DNA of 64,000 bases from positions 41,790,001 to 41,854,000 of the forward strand of contig CM052816.1 in the NCBI GenBank assembly GCA_028534125.1, given 5' to 3'. Origin of the DNA: Lama glama. Lineage: Eukaryota. The notes below the pieces were generated by a model that saw only the letters and a list, made by a program, of their open reading frames with translations, was not told where the DNA came from and did no database searches. Both the position numbers and the translations under genes were made by a program. Positions 12,688 through 24,592 of the stretch are shown piece after piece (within the stretch, counting starts at the first letter, position 1; the number at the start of each line of letters is the position of its first letter).

Positions 12688-12900
12688 CTAATGTTTATTG
12701 CATGCTTCATGTTAGAGGGGCCAGCACTCTTACAAGTGTTTTACACATATAATATGTATTAATTCTATGAGGTAGATAATAACATTTCTCCATTTGAAAT
12801 TTAAGAAGACTGAGGCACAGACAAACTAGGTGAACTAATCAAGATCATACAGCAGGGGAGTGGTAGAGTCACGATTTGGACACATTCAGTCTGATTTTGA
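12688..12900 (-). mobile_element. MIR
   Basis: CTATGAGGTAGAT..., AAGACTGAGGCACAGA, CAAGATCATACAGC, GGTAGAGTCACGATTTG occur in MIR order. Confidence 0.8.
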
Positions 12901-13189
12901 AATGGACAGATGCTCTCTTATCTCTTGACTGAACGGCTGTAGTGAGCAATATTGTTTCAAAAATAGACAAGTAACAACAATATTGGCTGTGAATTGTTTC
13001 TCATTTCTTCATGTAAATAGTTGTCTAGGTTGTGATTAAATTGCTAGCTACTCTACAAGAACTGAAATTTGACTGTGCCTTCCAGGAAAACATCTTCCCG
13101 TATCCTAATAGTGCCAGCAGCTCCTGAATGTCAACTCCTTTCCTATTTTAGGGGGTAAAGATCACATTCTTCACATTTCCTAACATCTG

Positions 13190-13686
13190 CTTCTCTCTCC
13201 AGGTTGGCCATGTTTCCCCTCACTTTCAGTATTCTAGCCACACGTTTGTTTTGTGAGTGCGTCATGCTCCCACTTGCCACAGGATCTTTGCAAATACTGT
13301 TCCCTCTAGCTGCAGTGTGATTCATGCTAATACCACCTTATCCCCAACTCTGTGCTCAGTTATCTCTTCATGATCCTCCTGATCTTACTGATCAGGCTTC
13401 GTTAACTCCATTTTGTAACCTATTGTCTAGGCCAGGAATTTTTGTTATAGCTTCTCATTTGACTATGTCCCTTTCCTTCAGAGCTCCTATCTCATTTCAT
13501 ACATACATACATACATACACATACACACTGGGAGTGGTTTAATTAGTGTGTGTCTCCTCTCCTGGACTATAAGTTCTGCAAGGACAAGAACTGTGTTTGC
13601 TTCACTCACTATTGTAATACCCAGCACAGTATATGCTGACACACTGTGGATACTCAATAGATATTTGGTAATGAATGAATAAATGA
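13190..13686 (+). mobile_element. L2 3' end
   Basis: GGACTATAAGTTCTGCAAGGACAAGAAC...CCCAGCACAG...ACTCAATAGATATTTGGTAATGAATGAATAAATGA; (TGAA)n-type L2 tail. Confidence 0.85.
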
Positions 13687-15158
13687 GGAAAGAATGCCTA
13701 CTGTCTGCTCCTAGGTTTCTCCCTGAGGAGCACTGACAGACTTGCCTCTCTGGCCCAGCTGATTCTTGTGCTCTAAATTTGGATTTACCTCAGGGATCTG
13801 TGTCCATGGAGCAGGCATGTCTTGCTTAAGGTCTGAAACTGCTTGAGCTGATGCACCTAGTGCCAACCAAGCTCTGAGCTATTCTAGAGACACCTACCAC
13901 ACCCCTCACCTTTTGTCAGTAGCACCGTTACATTTTGAATTAGACACATTGGGGGAATAAGGACCCAATGTGGACTATCACCATATTCTGTTAATTTAAG
14001 AGTCTTGTGTGTGTGTATTTGGAGATTCATGAGCTCCTGTATGTTTCAAGGTCCCTCTTTGGCAGTAGACAGATCTACTAAAAAACACCCATTTAGGAGT
14101 ATGAATATTTACACTGATATTTTAGTAAAATACCTTCAAATAAAAAAGACAGGTGTTTTAAGGCTTTTAAATATGCATCCCAATTGTCTAAGAATAACTT
14201 GTTCTGTTAATATGTGTTTTTATTAGCAACAAGCTTAAAAGAATTCTCAGGACAGGATTTGCAATGTGTGACTTTCATTAGGAGCTGAAAAAAGAAACAA
14301 GTATTTGTTTGCACCTGTGTTTTTCAATAATATTCTCAAATTGATTTTTTTCTGTCGTAGACACAGTTTTCAAAGTAGAAAAGTTGAGATGAATAATACT
14401 TCAACTGTACATTTTTCATGTTGTTTTACTGGCATAAAGAAGGCGCATCTCATTGATATGAAATACTATTTGGGGATGGTTTATTTTAAAAAGGAATGGA
14501 CTCTGTACATTCATTAGCTTACTCATTCATTTCTCAAGAATTATTTTACTATACACCAAATAAAAATTGCTAGTATCTTATTATCTACTACTTAAGCAAT
14601 TGAATATTCTGTTGGGATTGCATTCAGAGTTTGCTGAAGGAAATACCTTATTAAAGTTTTTAGCAAAGTGTTTATTATTCTTAGAACAACCTTGTGAGGT
14701 TTGGACTTAATGCCCCAGTAGGACATTTACATCTCTGCCCTGAGTGACTTAACTGAACCCTGAATGGGGCCAGCTCTGGTAGGGAACACTGTGGCTGATA
14801 AGTGCAAAGAAAAATTCAATGTAACAATGGGATAAAAAGATAAAACTTGGCCTATCTAATTGCCTTTGAGGAGCTACACATAAAGTAATGACCTGTACTG
14901 GAATTTAAATGTTTAAGATGGAATTCACCACATTTGAATTTATCCTACTTGATTATTTTTTTCTAGACTGAACAAGATTCTCTAAAATTCTAGTGTTTTT
15001 ATATTCTATTAGATTGTCATTATACCTACAGTTTCCATGTAGCTCTAGAGAGAAAACAGATATCTAAAACTGGAAGCCTTGTGTAGACCTCTGTCATGGT
15101 ACAGCACATGTTTCACAGTGACTCAAGGCTAGAACCCAAGAATTCCCCATATGACAAG

Positions 15159-15286
15159 TAAGGTAACCGTATAATTTGTTGGTCAAATTGGAAACATTTT
15201 TGAGAGTGCAGGATGATGTTCTGAAAAATTATGCTGGACAAAACACTGGGACCATTTCAGGTAAATTTGGATGCATAATCACTGTA
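15159..15286 (+). mobile_element. MER94-like hAT-Blackjack MITE
   Basis: TAAGGTAACCGTATAATTT...ACATTTTTGAGAGTG...AATTATGCTGGACAA...ATAATCACTGTA, with degenerate TAGGGTGACCA-type TIRs. Confidence 0.7.
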
Positions 15287-15470
15287 AGAGTGAATAAATT
15301 CAGATCTTTGGCCACTTCTGATTCCATGGCTGTGAAAGCACATCTCCGAAGAGTGTCACTTTTTACTTTAGTTTGTATTCAGTAATATTTTTTTTTAAAT
15401 TTCTTAAAACTCAGTCTTTAAAATATAATTTATAAACACAGACTTCATAAACCCATATAGAGAGATATAC

Positions 15471-15830
15471 TCATTTATTCAATCAATCATTCATTCATCC
15501 AAGTAATATTAACTGAGCACCTTCTGTGTTTCAGGAAATGTGCTGGATTTTGGGGCAATGTGGTGAGAAAACATGAGGCAATGTCCTTGCCTTTATATGC
15601 ATTGTTTCCTAGTGTGTGCAGTGGATGTTAAGCACAGTTATATAAATTTCTGTAAATTTAAACTGTGTTGTGTTACAAAGGAGATGTATATGGGACTACA
15701 GGGAAATATAAAACAGGAATTTGACCCTGTCAAAGAATCCAGATAAGTGTTTCTCAGCAAGTGAAAACTGTGCTGAGATTTAAAGGATAAGAGGAGATAA
15801 CTAGTTATAAGAGTGTAGACCAGAGAAGGC
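15471..15830 (-). mobile_element. L2 3' end
   Basis: (TTCA)n tail followed by ACTGAGCACCTTCTGTGTTTCAGG..TGTGCTGG. Confidence 0.8.
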
Positions 15831-16372
15831 AGTTTAATTAAGACTGGGTTGATGCCAGCTCTCTCATCCAGCAATAATATGCCCATGGAGTACTGGTGGA
15901 CAGGCCTTGGTGACAGACTGGGTTTTAATTTTTTCTTAGTGGATAGCTTTTGCTTTATTGGTGTGGTAGGTTAGTTTTCGGCATTTGACTATTGAATAAG
16001 GAGAAGGGTGGAGAGGATGAAAGAATAAATTTGAGATGGAGACAGGAGAGGAAGGGCAGTTCTCATAGGAAGGGGGACTGGAGGGGTCAAGCAGAAATGC
16101 TTAAGAGATGATGTGCAGAAAATGTACAGAGACAAGATGACTATTTCTCCAGAAACCTGATAGTAAGTGACCTGGATTTTGAAGGTAGATTTGTATTTGA
16201 GAGGCTGAGACTGGAAAGGTAGAGAGCAGTGGTGGCCCAAGGAAGTCCAGTCCTCTTTAGTTTGCATATGTATGTTCAAAGGGATCTGTCAATTTTTCTT
16301 ATCTTTGTATTTTTCATTTTTGTATTCCTTATCTTTTTAAATTCTTATAGTAACTTTTTTTTTCTTTTGCAG

Positions 16373-16403
16373 TTTCCAGAAAATAAGCTGCAGCAGTGAT
16401 AAA
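16373..16403 (+). other. Candidate 31-nt microexon (host unknown)
   Basis: About 80 nt of T-rich tract ending ttttcttttgcag|TTTCCAGAAAATAAGCTGCAGCAGTGATAAA|gtgagt; splice signals only. Confidence 0.35.
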
Positions 16404-19400
16404 GTGAGTCAGTTATCTACATTGTTAGAATCAGACAGTTCTAACTTGTATACAAGTACAACCATTACATTTTCTCTGCACAGAGTTCCCATAGCTAGTT
16501 TTAGGATACTTTGAGGTGATGAGAACTACCAGTTGACCTGCTTTTAGCTGTAAATAAATATTGCTGAGGATGTGGTTTTTCGCATTATCAGGGTGGGCAC
16601 GTGTGTGTTTATGTGTGTGCATGAACATGTGCGGGAAATTGAGGATCTAGTTTGACGTTGTCCCACCTTTAAGCTTTTTAAAATTTTCTTAAGAAAGTAA
16701 GGCCAACACACATAAAGTAATTTTAAATAAATCAGCTTACCTAAAAGGTACCTAATTCCTGATTTTTCCAACAGTTAGAGGTAAAAGCTAAAAGAAATTA
16801 AGTGTTAAATAAAGACTTACTGTTGGGGGAGGACTTATATTAGGTGTGTAGGTTTATAATTAAACATAAAATCAAGAAAGATTCCTTCATAAATTTATGT
16901 CTCAACATTTCTTCAAGCCAGTAATTATATTTTTTCCCAATTTCCCTATGTCTTTAGAAAGTTTTACTTATTTTTTCTGTTTCAGTGGCTTCCTTGACTT
17001 CAAAGTGCCCTATATAGAATTCAGCCCAGTGCCGAATGATACAACAGAAAAAGCTTTAATGACTTCTAACAGATTTAGCCTTGGACAATAGCTCCTAAGC
17101 AGAAAGCATGACCCCGTATCTGAAAGGGTAAAGCAAATGGCTGTGAATAATGTGGCTGAATGCAGGAGGAGAGCAGAGAGGCAAAAACAGTTATTGGCAA
17201 AATCCAGGCTTATTTCTGGTTCAATTCCATGACTATCTTTTTATGTATCTGCAGTGAATACAAGATTTTCTCATTGACTAGCCTAAAATGCCATGAAGTT
17301 CTGACTTTCCTGTTCTTTCCATGGAGTATTTCACTGTATTCCTCTTTTCCATGGGATAATACAACTCTTTATTTTCTAATTGCTTAATGGAGGGTCCACA
17401 TGACTAGGATAATAATGAGCTGGCACAAAGCCTCGATTTCTGGAAGGCTCCGTGGATTTAGAGAAGTCACAAGGTTTGCTAAAGTGAATTCCTTTTTGCT
17501 TGCAATTGGTCCCCCAGGTAATGTAGACCAAAGAAGAAAGATGCAACTTCAGGCATTAGTGTAAAGGCCTCATGATCTGGAAAGGAACTTTGTTCAAATG
17601 AGGGCATGTCAGCCACAGAGCTTTTTAAAAAACGAATCTCAAAGTAGCGAAGTGCCACTGAGATGAGTTGACGTGAACTGGTTGTATAACATAAAATCAC
17701 CTTTCATTGACTCTAAGCCAAACCATTCACATTAGTGATTCAGCTGGAAGCCTGCCTAATGTTTGAGGTATTGTTTCTACAAATCCAAGATAGATGGTGT
17801 GAATACTAATTGTCTGACTAATAAGTGGAAAAGCTGAACAGCAATGAAGGTCACTGTTGATATCCAACTAGGAACACTCAGTGTGATGTGGGCTTGTGGC
17901 TCCAGTCCTCACAATGTAGGGTTGGCATCTTGAAGATCATTGTTCCCTGAGGTGTGGGTGATGGGCTCCCATCTCATGAATCCTCCCCACAATATGAACC
18001 ATGTAATACTCTTAAGGGTATAGCTGCAATGTTTGACCTCAGTCATATTACTATTATTTTTATAATTCTGTGAACTATCAGTGGAAAAGCAACAGGCTCA
18101 CTGAAGTCATTATGGGCAGAGGAGTTAAAAGATCAAACCTGATTATCAAGTTAGTATTTTTTTTGTGTATTTTAAGGGTTATCATGATGTCATGTTGCAA
18201 TGCTAAGAAGGAGCTGAGATATACTGCCTTTGCTGGTATTATTTTCACCTCCAGAAAACAGCCAGTGGTCTGTGCAGTTTTAATGCTGATAGCTTTTTAA
18301 AGTTTGGAAAGTAGAACAATGCTTGTAGGTAAAAGCAGTAAGTAAAAGAGTGAAGAAACTCTGAGTAGCTCCATAGGGCAGAACCAAAGTAAGTGTCAAA
18401 GTTTGTTAAAGTTTTTTTAAAAAATTAATTGTATATCAGATGATTTCTCAAATGTAATACTAAATTTAGTTTAATTTAACACCTCTCTGTTGAAGACCTA
18501 CTATGTGCAATCTACCCAGAGTGACATAGAGTATGCATCTGGGTGATCATATTGGAAGGAGCAGCATAAGAGTGATGAGAAAACTATTAGACACTTGTCC
18601 TCCAGTGGGTACTTAGCATCCACATCTGCAAATGCATTTGAAAGTGTCCTGTGTGGCATAGTCCAGATGTTAGGTCCATATATTCAATTCATGCTACTAG
18701 AATAGGTTAAACATTTTTCCCTACATAGTTTGTAACAACTGATTTATGTGCATAAATCATATTAATCATTATCATTAGATCATTAAATCTCTTCACTATA
18801 TATTAACTTTTAGTGAGAGTAAATGGTTTTGTGAGATGTAAATTGGTGTTTATTTTTGACTAAAGAAAAAGGAAACAACGTCAGATACATATATCTATAT
18901 ATGTATCTATATATATATATATGCCATTTATTTAATTCCTTTCTCTAAGAATCTTTTTTTTGTCTTCTTAAAAGGATCAAATACATTATTAGTTTTGTTT
19001 GATTTTTACTGAATGGAATACTTTTCTACTATCTTTTTAAACAGAGAAACCTATAGTTCAAGAGTTAGATATAAGAATATGTGTAATGATTTTGTTAAAC
19101 TAGCCTATCAAGCCCGAACTGTCTATATTCTGGTTCCCCAACTCCCTCACATCCTTTGTGTAGATATTCTAGCATGAATTTGCTGTTCAGTGTCAATGGG
19201 AGCTGTCCTTGAGGATGTCTTTTCATGGAGATTCTGGAAAAATACTGTGATGTACTGATGATGCTTAATGATCTGTACTGTAAGCCTTGACCTTCATTCC
19301 TTTGAGAAGTTGCAGATGAAGTAGATGTCCAAAGGAGAATTCCAGGATAGAATGACTATTAATTACTGGCTAGAAGTCATCAGTACTCAAGAGTGGATGC

Positions 19401-19834
19401 TACTGCCTTTGTCAGGAAAGCAAATTGTTCATACTATGCACAGGTAGAAACTTGTTCTCTGACAATGTTTTCCTTTTAATGGAGGCTACTTTCAAGGATG
19501 CTACTTTGTTCTGGTTCCACATGCAGTTCATTAGCATGTAAATTGCTCATCCATTTTTTGACTTGGAACTGAGTAGAAGTCAACATATACCATGTCTACC
19601 TTGCTTTTACAATTACAATTTCTATTAAATAGGAAAAGACTTAAGGAAATTTTTCTAATAGCAGAATAACACATGGGGAAGGTAAATATCTTTTTTAATG
19701 TTCAATATTTTTATTAAAATAAAACAGGTTTAAAATGCTGATGGGTGAACATTTTAGTCTAGTAGCACATGGATAATACCTAAATACCTCAAAGTATGAA
19801 AACATTCAATTGGACTTGACATAGATAAATAAAG

Positions 19835-20280
19835 TAGCAGAGAGAAGTGATTAAGAGTGCAGGCTGTGAAATTAGGTAGCATTCATTTAGGTCATGACTG
19901 TTATTTGCAGTTTGTTTGAACTTAAGAAAAATCTCTTAAACTTTGTTTTTGTGCATTGTTTCCTCACTGCAAATTAGGAATAATTAATAGAACCTGTCTC
20001 ATCAGACTTTTGAGACTTAATGTAAAGTGCTTAGAATAGTTACTGGTGTGTGCTGGCAAATGGTTAACAACTGGTTCTCCAAAAAGAAGTTCCAATGTAT
20101 TAGTGTTTGTCAGTTTCTGTTGTGTAAATACATCCACCATGAAGTAAATATCCTCAAGATGACATCACTGGATGCTCAGTTGGAAAGAGGTATGCACATT
20201 GGCTCTCACCAGCCTGTATGAGCCAGCTCCAACACACTATTGATAGTAAGCATTAAATAAATCTTAATTGTTACTGTTTT
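19835..20280 (+). mobile_element. MIR (split by MER63)
   Basis: GTGATTAAGAGTGCAGGCT..., GTTTCCTCACTGCAAATT, GTAAAGTGCTTAGAATAGT | ATAGTAAGCATTAAATAAAT resumes after the insert. Confidence 0.75.
20045..20242 (-). mobile_element. MER63A-like hAT-Blackjack element
   Basis: GTGTGCTGGCAAATGGTTAACAACTGGTTCTCC ... TTGGCTCTCACCAGCCTGTATGAGCCAGCTCCAACACACTATTG, with inverted GTGTGCTGG/CCAACACAC ends. Confidence 0.8.
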
Positions 20281-21461
20281 TTCATACTAAAATAATGAAA
20301 GACTCTTAACAACTTTTAACTCATTAATCAGATGTGACATATATTATGATCTTCTATTTTGATGGCATATTTAGCTTATGATTTACAACATAAAAGTTCA
20401 CTACACAATATACATTTGCTTTAGTTTCCCTGATGGGATTAAATCTGCATTTTGTATTTATTAGTTTGCATAATACCCTTTAGCTGACATTAATGTGTAC
20501 CTAACATTTGAATTTCCCACGTTCATTGTATTTACGTTTTTGATTGTGTTGTTGTCGTCTTGCCACAGAGTTTTACTTTTTTATTTATGTTCTCACTGTC
20601 AAGCATAATCAATTTTGAAAAGAAAAAAAAGGAGATAAATTAAAGAAGCAGCTTGTTAAGGTAATGTCTTCCAGATGAGGCAGCAACTGCTTACTTATTA
20701 GGTTGTGAGTTCTCAATAGGCTTCCATGTTGAGTCTCCTTGCAAACATCTCTCTACCAATCTCAATGTATAGCTCAGGCCTCCTTTCTAGGATGGCCTTT
20801 TAAGAGTGAAATATCAGCATATTGACAAGTAATAAAGAAGGAGGCTGAGAGCTTTGTCTTGCAGAGTGGCAGCAATTGTTTTAGATCTAAAAAATACAGC
20901 CTAATTAATATTTCTGGTCAGAACAGGTAAAGAGGGTTCAAAATGTGCATGGGAAAATTTAACTTAGGTATTAATAAAATAACTTACCTTCATATTGAGA
21001 TTTGACAGTTTATTATATAAATTAATAACAAAGCCCCTTATATTAGAACTGTACCAATTTTTCTTCAGAACAGTTAGAACAAATAATTTATCTGAACATT
21101 GAAATTTCAAATACAAAAGTATATAATTAATTTAGAATTTAGACATTGTGTAAATCCCAGCTGTGCTGGCTATGATCTTTTTTTCCTGGCTTGCCTCCTT
21201 GATGGAACTAGGAGCTGTATACCATTCCGGTTGGACGTTCATGATTTTAGAAAGAAATTTATAGTTCAATTAAGTAAAAAGAGTTTCATTAGCAGATTTT
21301 GGAGGATAACTTAGAGGAGTTTTGGATAAACAGGCCAGTTTGCTTTCAAGCGTCACTTTATCCTTAGAAACCTAGAGGGGGTTACTTTGGAGATACCTTT
21401 CTTTAGCTAAGATGACAGGGGCCAGGGCACAACTATTACAAGTTTCATTTTTCAGATGTTG

Positions 21462-21700
21462 CTAATAGTATTAGTAGCATTTACTGAGCCTTTATTATGT
21501 GCAAAGCACTAGTCAAAATTACTCATCCCCCAAACAATCCTATTGGGTAGATTATTTTCATTCCAAACTTACAACTGAGAAACTTGAGATTAAAAATGCT
21601 TACTAATTTGCCAGTGGTTCTAGTTATTAATGAGGAAGCCTACCTTTCAAAATTCTATCTATGCTCCCACAGCCCCCTTCCTTTCTTTATATTACACTGT
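21462..21700 (-). mobile_element. MIR
   Basis: GCATTTACTGAGCCTTTATTATGTGCAAAGCACT, AACAATCCTAT, CTGAGAAACTTGAG motifs. Confidence 0.7.
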
Positions 21701-22096
21701 CTCCAGTAAAACTGAAAAACAAGATTCTTTTGGAACCTCTCTTCAAGTATTTTTGAGTTGTAAATTTTTTTTCTCAAAAAAACTCAAGTTGTTCAGGAAG
21801 CACTGTCTTCAAATTCTGTCATCATTCTCTATCGTACCTAAAAAAAATTCTCTTAAAGAGTGAAGATGGCAGATTTGGAGTCACAAAAAGAGAAAAGATA
21901 TAAATTTATAGATGTAAAATACGGGAAAATGCCTGTGTGATCACAGAAGCACTCAAAGCCTAACTCTGCTTTTCTGATACTTCATGAAAGAGTAACTACA
22001 TTTCACGGACACTTGGGTTCCACAAAACACAATTTATAAAGCCAAGATGTTTCATTTCCTTTAAATTACTTTAAGGGTATATGAAAAAAAACTATA

Positions 22097-22604
22097 CAAG
22101 CAGACCTCATTTTAGTGCACTTAACTTTATTGTGCTTCACTGGTATTGTGTTTGTTTTTTTTAAACATATTGAAGATTTGTGGCAACCCTGGTTTAAGCA
22201 AGTCTATTGGTGCCATCTTTTCCAACAGCATTTGCTCATTTCATGAGTCTGTTACATTTTGGTAATTTTCACAGTATTTCAAACATTCTCATTATTGTTG
22301 TATTTGTTATGCTGAAGTATGGTCAGTGATCTTTGATGTTACTCTTGCAAAAAGATTAAGACTTGCTAAAGGCTCAGAAGATGGTTAGCATTCTTTAGCA
22401 ATAAAGTAATTTCTAATTAAATTATGTACATGGCTGTTTTAGACAATGCGATTGCACACTTAATAGACTACAGCAGAGTGTAAATATAACTTTTATATGC
22501 ACTGGGAAACCATACAGTTCATGTGACTCCCTTTATTGCAATATTTGCTTTATTACAGAGGTCTGTTCTGGAATCGAGCCTGCAGTATCTCCAAGGTGTG
22601 CCTG
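22097..22604 (+). mobile_element. Tigger1 internal-deletion derivative (Tigger1a-type MITE)
   Basis: Both Tigger1 termini are joined: CAAGCAGACCTCATTTT... and ...TATCTCCAAGGTGTGCCTG. TA target duplication at 22095-22096 and 22605-22606. Confidence 0.9.
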
Positions 22605-23428
22605 TAGTTGGTAAGTATTGGAGCTATTTACTGGACTTTCTCAGTATTATTTGAAAAAAACAAAATATTTTGAAAAACAATCAGTCACCAGTGAGAATCA
22701 GCTTTTCTCTTTTGGAATGAAGTAACTTTGAAAATTTCTCATTGCTGCAACACACAGTGATCCGTACACAGTGATTGTGTACTTCTGGGGTCAGAAGCTC
22801 AAACAGCTGACCCAAGGTAGCTACCATTTTTCACAGATTCTAAGAAAGCAAAACATCCATAGAATATTGGCACATCTTGATGAGAAACTGATTAATTTAG
22901 CCCTCCTTTTTTCTGTTGTTAAGAACTGTTTAAAATACAATTGGAAAAGCTAAATCTGCTGTGGCGTGTGTTGCATAATGGAACCAGGGACAACTGAGTC
23001 TCTTCTCTGGGGGTCACTGAAAAAGGAGAATAAACAGAAAATGCCTGGTAAAGGCATTCGGAAGAAATAAACAAACAAGCATCTTGGTAAGACTGTTCAG
23101 AGCTGTTGTGAGCTGATGCTGGAGTGAGTGGTGGCATAGGAATTAGCATTGGGCAAACATCAAAAAGGCCATTTGACATTGAGACCACTTTCACTGGTTA
23201 TCCTCAGATGTTTATTTAAACTGTTCAATGCTCTGGTGCTTAGAAGTATCTTTTTTAAAGCTATGATACAATTCTCTATTTAATTCCAAGTCTTACTTTA
23301 CAAAAGTAAATTCAAAAAGCGCTTTTGCAGGAAACAGGACAGGTTATGTATAGTAAGTACTATGTAACAATTCAAAAGTTTCAAAGTTGAAAATGTAGAA
23401 CAGAACACTAGAGGATTTTTCCTGTTTT

Positions 23429-23452
23429 TTTTTTTATTATTTTTATTTTTTT
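23429..23452 (-). mobile_element. Poly(A)-only retroinsertion flanked by a 14-bp TSD
   Basis: ATTTTTCCTGTTTT at 23415-23428 and 23453-23466 flanks a 24-nt T-rich tract. Confidence 0.6.
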
Positions 23453-24164
23453 ATTTTTCCTGTTTTGATAAGCCATACCAACCTTGTGCTTCAGAGCAAG
23501 GATTTGTCCCTGTCAAAAGTCCCTGGCAGCAATACTTCTCCTGAGATGTAGCTTTAAATACTCTTCATAAATGCAGTGATTTTTAATGGTTTAAAAACTC
23601 ATATTATTTTGGACACTTTTTCCAGAAAGTCTTAAAAACTCAAAATATTTAACTAATAATTTCCTTGCTAATTAATAATCTGATGGTGGGCCAAATCCTC
23701 AGATTTCTTTTTCTTTTCCTTTGTTCTTTTTAAAAATCTTACTCTTCGTACTTGCTAATGGTTTTCTCTCATGTTTAGGTCTCTAGACTAGCTCCTTTGA
23801 GAGGATGAATTACAAATTTATGAAAAGTTTATAGGAATTTCCTGAGTTTAAATGTTAAAATTTCCATCTTTTCCCAACAGTTTAAAATACAATTTTAAAT
23901 TCAGTTTTGTATGGTTCTGTGTTAGGTCCATAGAATAAATACAGATTTTTAAAAAACACTTATATTATTTTAAAACATCAAGAAAGTAGATATATAGAAT
24001 AATAGATAATTCTGCATATCAAGTTAACTGTTAAATAAAGTACCAACTTTTCTTTTCCAGGGGTAATAGTGTTATTCACCCTTAATTTATTTTGATGAAA
24101 TTTATTAAATAAATGCGTATCCCCGGTGGAACCCTGAAAGACCTGAGCTTAATTTAAGGCTATA

Positions 24165-24340
24165 CATTAGCACTTCATCACGTAATGTCTGGTATTACTC
24201 TCAATTTATTCTGCTTAAGTCTTGGCTTCCCAGGAAAATCACAAGCTTCCTGAGGATAAGAAATTCATTTTACGTTGCTGCTATACGTTTATAGCACCAA
24301 CACTGAATTTTGGATATAGAGTATGCTTAGTAGTTATTGT
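24165..24340 (+). mobile_element. L2 3' fragment
   Basis: AAGCTTCCTGAGGATAAGAAATT...TAGCACCAACAC...TATGCTTAGTAG, degenerate L2 3' motifs. Confidence 0.55.
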
Positions 24341-24417
24341 GGCTTGGTGTGATTAAATCTTGAATTGCATTCTGAATTATATCTTCTATATTTTGAATAT
24401 GATATATCTTCTACATT

Positions 24418-24506
24418 GAGGGTCTGTAAGCTGCAGCAAAATCTTAATCACCCCCGTTTTTATGAATAAAATTTGATTGGAGCACAGGCACACCCATTCA
24501 TTAATG
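24418..24506 (+). mobile_element. MER58A-like fragment (hAT-Charlie)
   Basis: GTTTTTATGAATAAAATTTGATTGGAGCACAGGCACACCCATTCATT matches the MER58A body as I remember it. Confidence 0.7.
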
Positions 24507-24592
24507 GAAAACCATTAAAGCGCCATGGATAAGATATAAATTGAGTAAGATTTCAGATAATCTCAGCAACATACAGCATGTGTGTGTGTGTG

